64,000 nucleotides of DNA from Gemmatimonadales bacterium (GCA_037189525.1 JBBCJC010000001.1:288001-352000); one strand, 5' to 3'; positions 1 to 10,524 are shown, numbered from the stretch's first letter. Notes: generated by a model from the letters alone, not told the origin. Made by a program: numbers and translations.

Positions 1-292
1 CGTAGCTGGCGGGGCGCACTGTATCACACCAGATGAACCCGACCCGATGATCCCGAACCAGTTCGCGCGCGCGCCGGCGCCACGCCCACAATCCCGGCAG
101 AGTCTTGAGCCGGTTCGACGCCACCGGAACGCGATCGACCGTTACGTCGGTCCAGCCATCGTCGGCATCGGGCACGAGGCCGGTCGACACCACCAGGTCA
201 TCCGGCGGATAACGACGGGCCAGCTCCGTCATCCACCGCGCAATCCCGCCACCGATCGGGGGAAAATCATGGGCGAGCAGCAGGTCGGCCAT
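1..292 (-). CDS. GT4 family glycosyltransferase (PimB-like), N-terminal part; runs off the window start
   Basis: Manual translation from ATG at 292: MADLLLAHDFPPIGGGIARWMTELARRYPPDD..., a typical GT4 N-terminus (DFPP-GG); 4 bp downstream of the previous GT stop; not in the ORF track because it is truncated. Confidence 0.75.
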   Translation of the reverse strand, partial: MADLLLAHDFPPIGGGIARWMTELARRYPPDDLVVSTGLVPDADDGWTDVTVDRVPVASNRLKTLPGLWAWRRRARELVRDHRVGFIWCDTVRPASY

Positions 293-296
293 CGGT

Positions 297-1277
297 TCAG
301 GGCTGATCCAGCATGATGCGCAGCCGGCGTTCGAACCGTTCCGTTGCCGCCGCCACGGTCAGATGCGCGAGTGCATTCGGGTCCACCGGCGGCCGATACA
401 GCGCCGTCTCGATGGCCCGCACCAGCATCTCGTCGTCGTCGCGGTCGAAGTAAGTGACGGCGTCGCGGAGATGTTGCCGATGGGGCGCAATGTCGGAGGC
501 AACGGTCGGAATGCCCTGGGCCACCGCCTCCATCGGCGTCAAGCCGAATCCTTCGAACCGGCTGGGCGCCACCACCACACTCGCCGCCCGATACGCCGCC
601 GCAATGGCCTCCTCGGTCTGCCATTCGGAATCGACCTGCAGGTTGACGCCGAGTTCAGCCGCCGTATAGCGCAACGTCTCGCGTTCGGGGCCCTGCCCGA
701 TCAAGTGCACGGCCGGACGCGGCGTCATCTGCGCAGCGGCGCGCACGATCGCGATATGGTTCTTGTGGCGCACCAGCCGGGAAATGGACAGCAGCTTGAA
801 CACCGGCGGCGCGGGCCGGACCAGCGGCTGGAAGCGGTTCGAGTCGTAGCAGAAGGGGACCACCTCGGCATGGACGCCAAACCGGGCCCGCAGATCCTCG
901 GCCGTCAACGTCGACGGCGCCCAGACCGCGGTCGCTCGGCGCGCAACCCAGCGGAGGCGGCTGTAGAACCCCGACCGCTCGGGATATCCGCCCAGCGGAC
1001 GGGGAATCCGATAGATTCGGCTGCCCAGCGCAAACACGAAATCGGAATAACCTCCACCGAGTCGCCAGGGGGGGAGATCCCAGACATAGAGAATCAGCGG
1101 ACAGCGATGCCGGCGGGCGTACTCCATACCTTCGACCGCCGATTGCCCGTCCATCACGACGGCCAACCGGGCCGGCCGATCCCCTTCGGCCGCAATGACG
1201 AAGCCCCGATCGCGCAGCGGCTCGAGAACCAACTCGCAGAAGCGGTTGGGGGCAAACCAGCGAATTTCGTCCGTCAT
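297..1277 (-). CDS. GT4 family glycosyltransferase
   Basis: SRLVRHKN and PSRFEGFGLTPMEA (GT-B E-x7-E motif). Confidence 0.85.
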   Translation of the reverse strand: MTDEIRWFAPNRFCELVLEPLRDRGFVIAAEGDRPARLAVVMDGQSAVEGMEYARRHRCPLILYVWDLPPWRLGGGYSDFVFALGSRIYRIPRPLGGYPERSGFYSRLRWVARRATAVWAPSTLTAEDLRARFGVHAEVVPFCYDSNRFQPLVRPAPPVFKLLSISRLVRHKNHIAIVRAAAQMTPRPAVHLIGQGPERETLRYTAAELGVNLQVDSEWQTEEAIAAAYRAASVVVAPSRFEGFGLTPMEAVAQGIPTVASDIAPHRQHLRDAVTYFDRDDDEMLVRAIETALYRPPVDPNALAHLTVAAATERFERRLRIMLDQP

Positions 1278-2143
1278 CGAACCAACCGATAGTTGCGGAA
1301 CTCGAACACTCGTGTGCCGGTCAGCCGCTCAAGCAGGTCGGATGCATAGAACCGGAGATGCTCCCACTCGAAAAACGGTTCGGTAATCTTCCGCTCCAGG
1401 TCGAGGCGCTGACGCGCGATCCACTCGTTGGCTACCTGCGGATGGGTGCCATGGAAAGGACGGATGCCCGGAAACCAGCGCAGCACGGCTCGATCGTACG
1501 TGTATTCCGGGCGGTCGGGATAGAGCGAGCGATCGATGGTGGCTCGGCCCCTGAGCGCCGCGGCCGACCGGATGAACCCGTAGTGAAACATCTCGGCATC
1601 GGCGAGGCGTGAGGGTACCCGGCGATCGGTCGGCCCGACCCGGAACCCCTGCGCATCGCGGAACGGATGCACGTCGCGGGCGGGATCGAGCCGCACCGCG
1701 CGGATCTCGCGGCGATACCATCGCCGGTTGACGGCCTCCAGATCCGGACTCCCAATGAAGTGGCGGTAACGAACCACGACCCCATCGATCCGTTCGTCAT
1801 CCGCACTGGATCGGATGGTCTCGACCAACGCCGGGCCACCGCCCTCGTGAAGCACCTCGTCGGCCTGGATGTAGATGCCCCAGGGATGCCGGCAGGCGCG
1901 CATGGCCCGCAGCGTCTCGTTCCGGAGCACCGACTTGCCCTCGGCAAAATTCCACTCGGCTTCGACGATCCGAATCCGGGGGTCGTCAATCGAACGCACC
2001 AGGTCGAGCGTGTCGTCGGTCGAATGGCCGACATTGACGACCAGCTCATCGACCAGCGGCAGGATGGAGCGGATGCTCTCGACCACCGGGAAGTCCAACT
2101 CGATGGCGTTCCGGACGATGGTAAAGCCCGAGATCGGTATCAT
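1274..2143 (-). CDS. GT2-like glycosyltransferase
   Basis: ISGFTIVRNAIELDFPVVESIRSILP...YIQADE...FHYG; overlaps both neighbours by 4 bp. Confidence 0.8.
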   Translation of the reverse strand: MIPISGFTIVRNAIELDFPVVESIRSILPLVDELVVNVGHSTDDTLDLVRSIDDPRIRIVEAEWNFAEGKSVLRNETLRAMRACRHPWGIYIQADEVLHEGGGPALVETIRSSADDERIDGVVVRYRHFIGSPDLEAVNRRWYRREIRAVRLDPARDVHPFRDAQGFRVGPTDRRVPSRLADAEMFHYGFIRSAAALRGRATIDRSLYPDRPEYTYDRAVLRWFPGIRPFHGTHPQVANEWIARQRLDLERKITEPFFEWEHLRFYASDLLERLTGTRVFEFRNYRLVR

Positions 2144-3084
2144 GCCAGGGTGCGCGCGATCAGGGTCTCGAGACGATGCCGCCAGGTGTGCTCGCGCAAG
2201 GCTCGCGTCCGCGCGCGCGCCGCGATCTCGGTGCGTCTGACCGGATCGGCCAGCAGTTCGACCGCCCGCTCCCGCAGTTCCGCCGGCGACCGAAAGAGCA
2301 CGATCTCCTCATCGGGCACGAAACTGCGCGCGATATCCGCCTTGGCGTCGACCAGCTGCACCGTGCCGATCCCCGCAATCTCGAAGACCCGACGATTGGC
2401 CCCGGTCCCATAACGCCCCTGCGCAGCTGGCTCTCCGAAGAACTGATGGATATTGAGCGCGATGTCGGCGTTCGAGAACGCTTTGAGGAAATCGTCGCCG
2501 TACAACGGACCGCGTGGCATGTCCGGCCCCCAGGTATTCAGCCCGAGATCGGCCACCGATTCGAGCGCCTGGACCCGAAGCGGCTCGCGAGACCCGACGA
2601 AGGCAATCCCGGAGCGGGGCCAGGCCGGATCGGGCAACGGCCGATGGTATTCGGGATCGCACCCCTCGGCCAGATACTCGGCCTGATGCCCGGCTTCCAG
2701 GTGCCGAGCAACCATCGAGGTGTCGAAGATGAAGCAGCGATCGTAGGCGCGCCCGATCCGGAGCGAGAGGTCGAGCAGATGCGGGCTATCGGGAAACCAG
2801 TTGGCCCATCGCGCCGACGAGACGCCCCGAAGGGCATCGATCACCTCGGGCTCCAGCAGGCCGCCTTTGAAGACGATGACGAGGTCGGGACGATGCGCAC
2901 CGAGCAGACGACGGAGCCGCCGGCCCAGGGTCCGGCCGGTCAGACGTTCGACGGTACTGGTCCGCTCTTCGCACGGCACCGCCGTGACACCCAGCGATTC
3001 GAGCGCGCGAAGCAGCGCACCGCCGGTCCGATGGTACCGCTCGTTGAACTTGGCCACGAGCACGGCCGTGACACCTGCAAACAT
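2140..3084 (-). CDS. CgeB/Glyco_trans_1_2-type glycosyltransferase
   Basis: NWFPD, IAFVGS, ALNIH, NRRVFEIAG, EHTWRHR motifs. Confidence 0.8.
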   Translation of the reverse strand: MFAGVTAVLVAKFNERYHRTGGALLRALESLGVTAVPCEERTSTVERLTGRTLGRRLRRLLGAHRPDLVIVFKGGLLEPEVIDALRGVSSARWANWFPDSPHLLDLSLRIGRAYDRCFIFDTSMVARHLEAGHQAEYLAEGCDPEYHRPLPDPAWPRSGIAFVGSREPLRVQALESVADLGLNTWGPDMPRGPLYGDDFLKAFSNADIALNIHQFFGEPAAQGRYGTGANRRVFEIAGIGTVQLVDAKADIARSFVPDEEIVLFRSPAELRERAVELLADPVRRTEIAARARTRALREHTWRHRLETLIARTLA

Positions 3085-3087
3085 GAT

Positions 3088-4095
3088 TCAGTCGTCGACC
3101 GGAACGGGCGGCTGGACACCTTGGTGGGGAACGCGAACCCCGATGGCATCGAGCAGACGCCTGGCCCGATGCATATGGGTGTGCCTGGCCAACAGCTTCC
3201 GTCGCGCGGCCGCGCCGAGTTCATCGCCGAGTTGCGGCGCCTGGAGCAATTCCTTGACCCGCTCTTTGAGCTCCTTGGGGGAACCGATCGTCACGACTTC
3301 CCGTTCCGGCTCCAGGTAGTGCGGCAGATCGATCCGGGCATCGACGACCTGGGGCAAGCCCATGGCTGCGAGTTCGAAGACGCGCTGATTGCAGGCCGCC
3401 GCGTCGCGGCCACCGACATCATGATGCAGGTTGACGGCAACCGACGCGCCGCCGTACGCTCGGACGTATTCAGCCGTCGTCCGTGCCTCGCCGCGGCAGT
3501 AGTCGCGCAGGGCAGTCCGACGCCAACCCGGCCCCCAGAGCGCCAGGCCGCATTCGACCAACTCGGCGAGGTAGCGCTCCCGAACCGGCGTGGCGGCCCC
3601 GGCAAAGACCACGTTGGCGCGATACTGGTCCTTGGTCCGCATCGGCCGATAGACCGAGGGATCGGCCGCGTGCGGCAAAACTTCCGCTCCAGTCCCGACG
3701 ACGCGCTCATAGGCAGCTGCCACGTCGGACCCGATCACGAAGACGTGATCGTACGCGCGAGCGCTGGCGAGCACTTCGTCGAGCCGTCCCAGGTCGTCGG
3801 GAAACCAGTTGACGATCGGCTTGCCCGACTCGCGCCGGATCGTCTCGACCATGCTCTCGGAGAGGTCGTAGCCTCCCACGACGATCACGGCCTCGGCCTC
3901 GGCCGTCTCGATCGCCTTCAAGATCCGTGACCGCAGGTCGCTGCCGCCCAGAAAACCGAGGAAACCGCTCCGGCGCCGCAGATCGAAGGTGCTCACGTCG
4001 CACCCGACCCGTTCCAAGGCCCGGGCCCGCTGGTTCGAGTGGGCAAACTCGCCGTCGTCGAATGTCGCAATCAGCAGGACCGAAGGTGCGGTCAC
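3088..4095 (-). CDS. CgeB/Glyco_trans_1_2-type glycosyltransferase (paralog of the neighbouring gene)
   Basis: NWFPDD, VVFAG, AVNLH, NQRVFELAA, HTHMHR motifs. Confidence 0.8.
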   Translation of the reverse strand: MTAPSVLLIATFDDGEFAHSNQRARALERVGCDVSTFDLRRRSGFLGFLGGSDLRSRILKAIETAEAEAVIVVGGYDLSESMVETIRRESGKPIVNWFPDDLGRLDEVLASARAYDHVFVIGSDVAAAYERVVGTGAEVLPHAADPSVYRPMRTKDQYRANVVFAGAATPVRERYLAELVECGLALWGPGWRRTALRDYCRGEARTTAEYVRAYGGASVAVNLHHDVGGRDAAACNQRVFELAAMGLPQVVDARIDLPHYLEPEREVVTIGSPKELKERVKELLQAPQLGDELGAAARRKLLARHTHMHRARRLLDAIGVRVPHQGVQPPVPVDD

Positions 4096-5909
4096 GCCAG
4101 TTCCTCCACGGAACGGAATTGCAGGTCATGCAGCCGGCGATAGAGCCCGCCGTTTGCCAGCAGGGCAAGATGGGTCCCTCGCTCGATGATCTTGCCGCTC
4201 TCGAGGACGAGGATCTCGTCGGCATGTTGCACCGTCGCGAGCCGGTGCGCAACCACCAGCACGGTCCGGTCCTGCATCAGACGGTCGATCGCTTCCTGCA
4301 CCAGCCGCTCGGACTCGGTGTCGAGTGCGCTGGTGGCTTCATCGAGAATCAGAATCGGCGGATCGCGCAACAGCGCGCGCGCAATCGCAATCCGCTGGCG
4401 CTGGCCGCCCGAGAGCCGAGTGCCCCGCTCACCAAGCAACGTCTCGAAGCCCTGCGGGAGCCCCTGGATGAACTCGAGCGCATTGGCCGCGCGCGCCGCG
4501 GCTTCGACCTGTTGCCGGGTGGCTCCCGGCCGGCCGTAGGCAATGTTGGCGTGCACCGTATCGTTGAGCACGACCGTTTCCTGACTGACCAGGCCGATCA
4601 GATCGCGCAACGAACTCCGCCGGAGTTCCGTGAGCGGCACGCCGTCCAATTTGATGGCCCCGGTCGTCGGATCGTGAAAGCGTGTCACCAACTCGAGCAG
4701 GGTGGTTTTCCCCGCCCCGGACGGTCCGACGACCGCCACGACATGACCCTTGGGGACGACGAACGAGACATCGTCGAGCACGACATCGTGATCGTACCGG
4801 AAACCGACCCGCTCGAAGACGAGATCGCGCTCGAAGCGGGCCTCGTGCGCTCCGGGCAGGTCCGTTTCCGTCGCAGGCCGGTCGAGCCAGGCAAAGACCC
4901 GCTCCGCGCTGGCCAGCGCAATCGCCATGGAAGTCGGGAACTGCGAGAGCGATTTGATCGGGGCCATCATCTTGAGCGCAATGACCAGGAACCCGATGGT
5001 CACCTCCGGGCTCAATTCCGCCCCGATGACCGCGGGATTGGCCGCCGCCCAGATGATCAGAATGATGACGAAGCCGCCAAAGATTTCACTGACCGGATGG
5101 CTGAGCGAGGAGAAGCGCTGGGTGCGGATGTAGCGTTTCCGATAGCTGTCGGCCTGCTCCGCGAAGGCATCGACCTCGTGTTCCTCCGCCCCATAGCCGC
5201 GAATCAGTTTGATGGCGCCGAGCCGCTCGGTCACGGTCGAAGTCAGGAGCCCGCGTTCTTCCGCAAACTCTCCGGCGTGACGTCTGAGCCGGCGCAGCAA
5301 CTGCTGGATTCCGATCACGAGGATCGGGGCGGCAGCGAGGGTCAGCGCCGTCAAACGCCATGAAATTCCTGCCAGAATCCAAAGCGAGACCAGAATCAGA
5401 ACCAGATTCTGGAAAAACGACGCGAGCGCCGCGGCAACGGCCTGCTTGCTCTGGTCGGCGTCCGAGATCACGCCCGAGACGAGCTGCCCCTGGCGGGTGC
5501 GCTGAAAAAAGCCCAGATCGATCGAGAGGAGATGGCGATAGAGCTTGACCCGGAGATCCCGGACCAGTCCCTCCTGCACCGCGACCGACAGCTGCGCCGC
5601 CGCATAGGTGAAGAAGTTCTTGAGGACCAGTCCCGCCAGCAGCACGATGACGAGCCGCGTGCCCGCCGTGGCCCGGTCGGCCCCACCGATCAGCGGCTCG
5701 AGCAACCGGCTGGTAATCGCCTCGAGTTCGGTGCTGCCCGGTGAAAGAGCTCCCGCCGTTCCAAACAGCGTTTTGAGCAGCGGAATCAGGATGACGATGG
5801 TGACCCCATCGAGCACCGACGCCACCAGGGTCGCCGCCAAACCGAGACCGAAGAGTCCCCAATAGGGCCGAGCGACCTGAAAGAGGCGTTTCGCGACATT
5901 CCGCTGCAT
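4092..5909 (-). CDS. msbA: ABC transporter permease/ATPase, MsbA-like lipid flippase
   Basis: N-terminal transmembrane domain, Walker A GPSGAGKT, LSGGQRQR signature, ILDEATSALD; adjacent to LPS-type glycosyltransferases. Confidence 0.75.
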   Translation of the reverse strand: MQRNVAKRLFQVARPYWGLFGLGLAATLVASVLDGVTIVILIPLLKTLFGTAGALSPGSTELEAITSRLLEPLIGGADRATAGTRLVIVLLAGLVLKNFFTYAAAQLSVAVQEGLVRDLRVKLYRHLLSIDLGFFQRTRQGQLVSGVISDADQSKQAVAAALASFFQNLVLILVSLWILAGISWRLTALTLAAAPILVIGIQQLLRRLRRHAGEFAEERGLLTSTVTERLGAIKLIRGYGAEEHEVDAFAEQADSYRKRYIRTQRFSSLSHPVSEIFGGFVIILIIWAAANPAVIGAELSPEVTIGFLVIALKMMAPIKSLSQFPTSMAIALASAERVFAWLDRPATETDLPGAHEARFERDLVFERVGFRYDHDVVLDDVSFVVPKGHVVAVVGPSGAGKTTLLELVTRFHDPTTGAIKLDGVPLTELRRSSLRDLIGLVSQETVVLNDTVHANIAYGRPGATRQQVEAAARAANALEFIQGLPQGFETLLGERGTRLSGGQRQRIAIARALLRDPPILILDEATSALDTESERLVQEAIDRLMQDRTVLVVAHRLATVQHADEILVLESGKIIERGTHLALLANGGLYRRLHDLQFRSVEELA

Positions 5910-5970
5910 GGGGAGGAAGCTAATTGGACCGTTATCTTTCGGTCCCTTTTCCCGGCGCGCTCACGCACTC

Positions 5971-6978
5971 GTGGCTCCTCGCATACTCGTGGTTCGGATG
6001 AGTTCGCTGGGCGACATCCTGCTCACCACTCCTCTGCTCCGCGCGCTCCGGACCCGTCATCCGGACGCCTGGATCAGCTATGTCACCAAGACGGCCTTTA
6101 CGCCGCTCCTGGCCGACAACCCGCGGATCGATGAGCTGATTCCCTACGATCCGAGCCAGCCGCTCGGCGTGCTGGTCGATCGGCTGAAGGCGGGTCAGTA
6201 CACCCATCGGCTGGACCTCCATGGCAGTCTGCGGAGCCGGATCCTGCGGCTCCGGGTGCCGGGCACGTGGCGCGGCTATCCCAAGCATCGCCTGGCCCGG
6301 ACCCTCCTGATCCGGACCAAGCGGAACGTCTATCGCGACACGCGACATGTGGTCGAGCGATACTTCGATGCCGCCCGCGATCTGGACGTCCAACCGGACG
6401 GGAAGCCGCTCGAGTTTTTCATCCGCCGGGAGATGCTCGATCAGGCCGCCGATTTTCTGAATGAGCGGGGGTTGGGCTACGATCGGACCCTGGTGGCCGT
6501 CTGCCCCGGCGCTCAACATGCGACCAAACGCTGGCCGGTTCGCCACTGGCAGCATCTGGTCACCCTGCTGACTACCCGAGGCTATGACGTCGTGGTCTTA
6601 GGCGGCCCAGCGGAGCGCGAGCTGGGCGAGGAAGTGGCCGCGGCCGGCGCGGAACACGCCGCCAGCGCCGCCGGCTATTTCGAGATCGGGGTCTCCGCCG
6701 CCCTGCTCAAGCGGTCGGCGCGCGCCGTGACCGGAGACTCGGGATTGCTCCACCTCGCCACCGCGGTCGGGACACCTCTGGTGGGTCTCTACGGCCCGAC
6801 GGTGCGGCCGTTCGGATTCTTTCCCTATCAGGCCAAGGCCACCGTGCTCGAACTGCCGCTCGACTGCCGGCCCTGCAGCAAGATGGGTGGGCCGGTCTGC
6901 CCGCTGGGGCACCATCGCTGTCTGGTCGACATCGCGCCGGACCAGGTGTTCGAAGCGGTCCGCAAGGTGCCCCGGTGA
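5971..6978 (+). CDS. GT9 family LPS heptosyltransferase (WaaF-like)
   Basis: RILVVRMSSLGDILLTTP, DLHGSLRS, PGAQHATKRWP, DSGLLHLA, LYGPT; start placed at GTG 5971 rather than 5908. Confidence 0.85.
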   Translation: MAPRILVVRMSSLGDILLTTPLLRALRTRHPDAWISYVTKTAFTPLLADNPRIDELIPYDPSQPLGVLVDRLKAGQYTHRLDLHGSLRSRILRLRVPGTWRGYPKHRLARTLLIRTKRNVYRDTRHVVERYFDAARDLDVQPDGKPLEFFIRREMLDQAADFLNERGLGYDRTLVAVCPGAQHATKRWPVRHWQHLVTLLTTRGYDVVVLGGPAERELGEEVAAAGAEHAASAAGYFEIGVSAALLKRSARAVTGDSGLLHLATAVGTPLVGLYGPTVRPFGFFPYQAKATVLELPLDCRPCSKMGGPVCPLGHHRCLVDIAPDQVFEAVRKVPR

Positions 6979-7343
6979 GTCCCCTCCCGTCGGCAACCCA
7001 CGCCCTGGCCGAGCAGATGGCCGAAGCCCGCCGTGGGCCGCGCCGGGACACGCTGTTCGGACTATGGTTGGCCCTGCGGGTCATCCAGGATCTGCCGGCC
7101 GCCGACGCCGTCGACCGCCCATACCGGCGCCGGGTTGCCATGCTGGCCAAACGGCTGTCGAGCCTGACGATGGTGCCCGGGATCAAGCGCGCCCTGCTAG
7201 GGGTCGTGGCCGAACTGGAGACCGCCAACCGGAACCACGGCCATGCCCTGCTGGCCCAGCTCGCCACGGCGGTCCGCGACTCACTCGGCGCCGAGACGGC
7301 CGAGGTGCTCCAGCGGGCAACCCGGGCATTCCCCAGCCCCTAG
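6975..7343 (+). CDS. Hypothetical helical protein
   Basis: GTGA overlap with the GT9 stop; fills the gap before yebC; no motif recognised. Confidence 0.6.
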   Translation: MSPLPSATHALAEQMAEARRGPRRDTLFGLWLALRVIQDLPAADAVDRPYRRRVAMLAKRLSSLTMVPGIKRALLGVVAELETANRNHGHALLAQLATAVRDSLGAETAEVLQRATRAFPSP

Positions 7344-7398
7344 AGGAACATCGGCCGGGGCTCTAAGTTGCGTCCCGACCCGAGCGGAAGGAGCGCCG

Positions 7399-8148
7399 AT
7401 GGCCGGCCATAGCAAATGGAAGCAGATCAAGCGAAAGAAGGCCGTGACGGACTCCCGTCGGGCCTCGACCTGGACCAAGTGCATCCGCGAAATCACCGTG
7501 GCGGCCAAAGCCGGCGGCGGCGACCCGGGCGGTAACCCGCGACTCCGCACCGCGATCGACGCGGCGCGGGCGGTCAACATGCCCAACGACAACATCGATC
7601 GGGCCATCAAGAAGGGCACCGGCGAACTCGAGGGCGCCATCTACGAAGAGGTGAGCTACGAGGGCTACGGGCCCGGCGGCGTCGCCATCTACGTCGAAGG
7701 CACCACCGACAACGCCAACCGCACCGTGGCCGAGGTCCGGCACGCCTTTACCCGCAACGGGGGCAACCTCGGCGCCTCGAACTCGGTCGCGTGGATGTTC
7801 GATCGCAAGGGGCTCATCAACCTCGACGCCACTCGGTCCGCCGAAGATCAGACCCTGGAGGATGCGCTGGAAGCCGGGGCCGAAGATTTCGTGCGGGACG
7901 GCGACAACTACGTGGTGACCACGGCGCCGTTCGATCTGCACACCGTGCAGGACACCTTGAAGGCCAAGGGCTACACGATCGAGTCGGCCGAGATCGCGAT
8001 GGTACCGCAGAACACCATCAAGGTCGCCGGCGACGAGGCGACCAAGCTGATCAAGCTGATCGAGATGCTGGAAGAGCAGGACGACGTCTCGAAGGTGTTT
8101 GCCAACTTCGACATCGACGCCGACGCGCTAGTGGAAGCGGAGGGGTGA
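7399..8148 (+). CDS. yebC: YebC/PmpR family protein
   Basis: MAGHSKWKQIKRKK, GGDPGGNPRLR, YEGYGPGGVA; AAGGAG RBS upstream. Confidence 0.95.
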   Translation: MAGHSKWKQIKRKKAVTDSRRASTWTKCIREITVAAKAGGGDPGGNPRLRTAIDAARAVNMPNDNIDRAIKKGTGELEGAIYEEVSYEGYGPGGVAIYVEGTTDNANRTVAEVRHAFTRNGGNLGASNSVAWMFDRKGLINLDATRSAEDQTLEDALEAGAEDFVRDGDNYVVTTAPFDLHTVQDTLKAKGYTIESAEIAMVPQNTIKVAGDEATKLIKLIEMLEEQDDVSKVFANFDIDADALVEAEG

Positions 8149-8654
8149 CACCCAGGCGCCCGGCCACCATCCTCGGCATCGACCCCGGCACCGGTTTGAT
8201 CGGGTACGGGGTCGTCACGCGTGACGAACCGGGACGGATGGGGCGGTTGATCGAGTGCGGCGTGATCCGCACCTCGCCCGGGGCTCCGCTGCCGGACCGT
8301 CTCAAGACCATTCACGAAGGCCTCGGCGAGTTGGTCGCTCGGCACGCACCGACCGTGCTGGCCGTCGAGAACATCTTCTACGGCAAGAACGTGCGCACCA
8401 CGGCCGTACTCGGCCACGCCCGCGGCGTCATCCTGCTGGCCGGCGCGCTGGCCGCGATTCCGGTGTTCGAGTACTCCCCGGCCACGGTCAAGAAAACCAT
8501 CGTCGGCCGAGGCGCGGCGCTCAAACCGCAGGTAGGGTTCATGGTTGCCAAGCTGCTCGGTCTCAAAACCGCCCCCAGACCGGCCGATGCCGCGGACGCC
8601 GTGGCGGTCGCGATGACGCACCTCCTGCTCGACCGGACCCGGAGCCTCCGATGA
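8145..8654 (+). CDS. ruvC: Holliday junction resolvase RuvC
   Basis: ILGIDPG, AVENIFY, HARGV, EYSPATVKK, DAADAVAVA; GTGA overlap with yebC. Confidence 0.95.
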   Translation: MTPRRPATILGIDPGTGLIGYGVVTRDEPGRMGRLIECGVIRTSPGAPLPDRLKTIHEGLGELVARHAPTVLAVENIFYGKNVRTTAVLGHARGVILLAGALAAIPVFEYSPATVKKTIVGRGAALKPQVGFMVAKLLGLKTAPRPADAADAVAVAMTHLLLDRTRSLR

Positions 8655-9262
8655 TTGCCGTCGTCAACGGCGTGCTGGCCGCCCGGGTGGGAGACGCCAT
8701 CATCCTGCAGACCGATGGCGGGGTCGGCTACGAAATCACCGTTCCACTCGGTGTGATGGAACGGCTTCCCGCGGTGGGACAGCGCTGCGCCCTCCAGACG
8801 GAACTGGTCATCCGGGAAGATGCCTGGACCCTGTACGGCTTCGACCGGGCCGGCGATCGTGTCATCTTTCAGCGTCTGCTCACGGCCAGCGGATTCGGCC
8901 CCAAACTGGCCCTGGCAATGCTGTCGAGCCTGGGCCCCGAGCGCACGGTCCGGTCGATCCAGGGCAAGGATGTCGCCGCACTTTCGACCGTGCCGGGGAT
9001 CGGTCGCAAAAAAGCGGAGCGGCTGATCCTCGAGCTGCACGATCGGTTTGCCGACCTGGCGGTCGAGCCGAGCGGGCTGCGCACCACGTCCGCCGCGGAC
9101 GAGGCCGCCCGGGCGCTGGTGGCGCTGGGCTACCTGCCCGCGCAAGCCGACGAAGCCGTGCGCACCGCGCTTGGTGCGAACGCCGAGGGCGATTCGGCGG
9201 CGTTGATTCGCCGTGCGCTCCAGATTTTGACTGCCCCGAAGGGCAAGGGAGGACGTCCGTGA
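8651..9262 (+). CDS. ruvA: Holliday junction branch migration protein RuvA
   Basis: MIAVVNG, GVGYEI, REDAWTLYGF, GFGPKLA, VPGIGRKKAERL. Confidence 0.95.
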   Translation: MIAVVNGVLAARVGDAIILQTDGGVGYEITVPLGVMERLPAVGQRCALQTELVIREDAWTLYGFDRAGDRVIFQRLLTASGFGPKLALAMLSSLGPERTVRSIQGKDVAALSTVPGIGRKKAERLILELHDRFADLAVEPSGLRTTSAADEAARALVALGYLPAQADEAVRTALGANAEGDSAALIRRALQILTAPKGKGGRP

Positions 9263-9468
9263 CCACACCCATCATTCCGCTGCCCGGCAGCATCGCCCGG
9301 GGTCCGCGGGTCACCGCCGAGTGGCAGTGCACCAAGTGCGGGGTGACCAACCGCAAGTTTCTGCCGGCAGACACCACGGTTGCCGAGGACAAGTGCGTCA
9401 CCTGCCATACCAAGCACCTGATCTGGCCGGGCGACCGTCCGGTCCGCTGGTACGCCGAGCCGGCCTGA
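9259..9468 (+). CDS. Small putative zinc-ribbon protein (2x CxxC)
   Basis: WQCTKCG...DKCVTCH; GTGA overlap with ruvA and GGAGG upstream. Confidence 0.7.
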   Translation: MTTPIIPLPGSIARGPRVTAEWQCTKCGVTNRKFLPADTTVAEDKCVTCHTKHLIWPGDRPVRWYAEPA

Positions 9469-9472
9469 TCGG

Positions 9473-10510
9473 TTGCCGACGGTGACGCGCGTCGAGGTCA
9501 CGACCCCGGACGAACTCCCCGAGGAGAGCGGCGCCGACGCGGCGCTCCGCCCTTCCCGGCTCGATGATTTCATCGGGCAGGAGGGCGTCAAAGGGTCGCT
9601 GCAGATCGCGATCGATGCGGCGCGGGCCCGTCGGGACACGCTCGACCACATCCTCTTCTTCGGCCCTCCCGGGCTCGGCAAGACCACGCTGGCCATGCTG
9701 ATGGCCCGGGAAATGGGCGTCCAGATCCGGACCACCTCGGGCCCGGTATTGGAAAAGCCCGGCGACCTGGTCGGCCTGCTCACCGGGCTTGGCCGCGGCG
9801 ACATCCTCTTCATCGATGAGATCCATCGGCTCCGGCCGGTGCTCGAAGAATTCCTCTATCCCGCCATGGAGGATTTCCGGGTCGACGTCCGGATTGCCGA
9901 AGGGCCGAACGCGCAGACCATCCCGATGGCGATCGAGCCGTTCACGCTGGTGGGCGCCACCACCCGCTTCGGCCAGCTGACACCACCGATGCGGGCCCGG
10001 TTCGGGATCGTGGAACGGCTCAACTTCTATGGCCCGGACGATCTGGCCCGGATCGTGACCCGCTCGGCCGGGCTGCTCAGCGTACCGACCGAGGAGTCCG
10101 GCGCGCTGGAAATCGCGAGGCGGAGCCGAGGCACCCCGCGCATCGCCAACCGCTTGCTGCGCCGGGTGCGGGACTATGCGCAGGTCCGCGCCGACGGCGT
10201 CATCACCGCCGAGGTAGCCGGGCGCGCGCTGGCACGGCTCAACGTCGACGAGTTCGGGCTCGACGACATGGATGCGCGGATCCTCGCCACCATCATCGAG
10301 AAATTCGGCGGCGGACCGGTCGGCCTGCAGACGTTAGGCGCGGCGGTGGGCGAGGACAGCGGCACCCTCGAAGAGGTGTACGAGCCGTATCTCCTGCAGC
10401 AGGGTTTTCTCGAACGGACCCCGCGGGGCCGGGTCGCGACCGGGGCCGCCTATCGTCGCTTTGGGATGACTCCGCCGGCCGGCGGCAGCGGCCAGGGCTC
10501 GCTGCTGTAA
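9473..10510 (+). CDS. ruvB: Holliday junction helicase RuvB
   Basis: [46 protein letters not shown]; the start may be GTG 9482. Confidence 0.96.
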   Translation: MPTVTRVEVTTPDELPEESGADAALRPSRLDDFIGQEGVKGSLQIAIDAARARRDTLDHILFFGPPGLGKTTLAMLMAREMGVQIRTTSGPVLEKPGDLVGLLTGLGRGDILFIDEIHRLRPVLEEFLYPAMEDFRVDVRIAEGPNAQTIPMAIEPFTLVGATTRFGQLTPPMRARFGIVERLNFYGPDDLARIVTRSAGLLSVPTEESGALEIARRSRGTPRIANRLLRRVRDYAQVRADGVITAEVAGRALARLNVDEFGLDDMDARILATIIEKFGGGPVGLQTLGAAVGEDSGTLEEVYEPYLLQQGFLERTPRGRVATGAAYRRFGMTPPAGGSGQGSLL

Positions 10511-10524
10511 CGCTGTAAGCGCAA

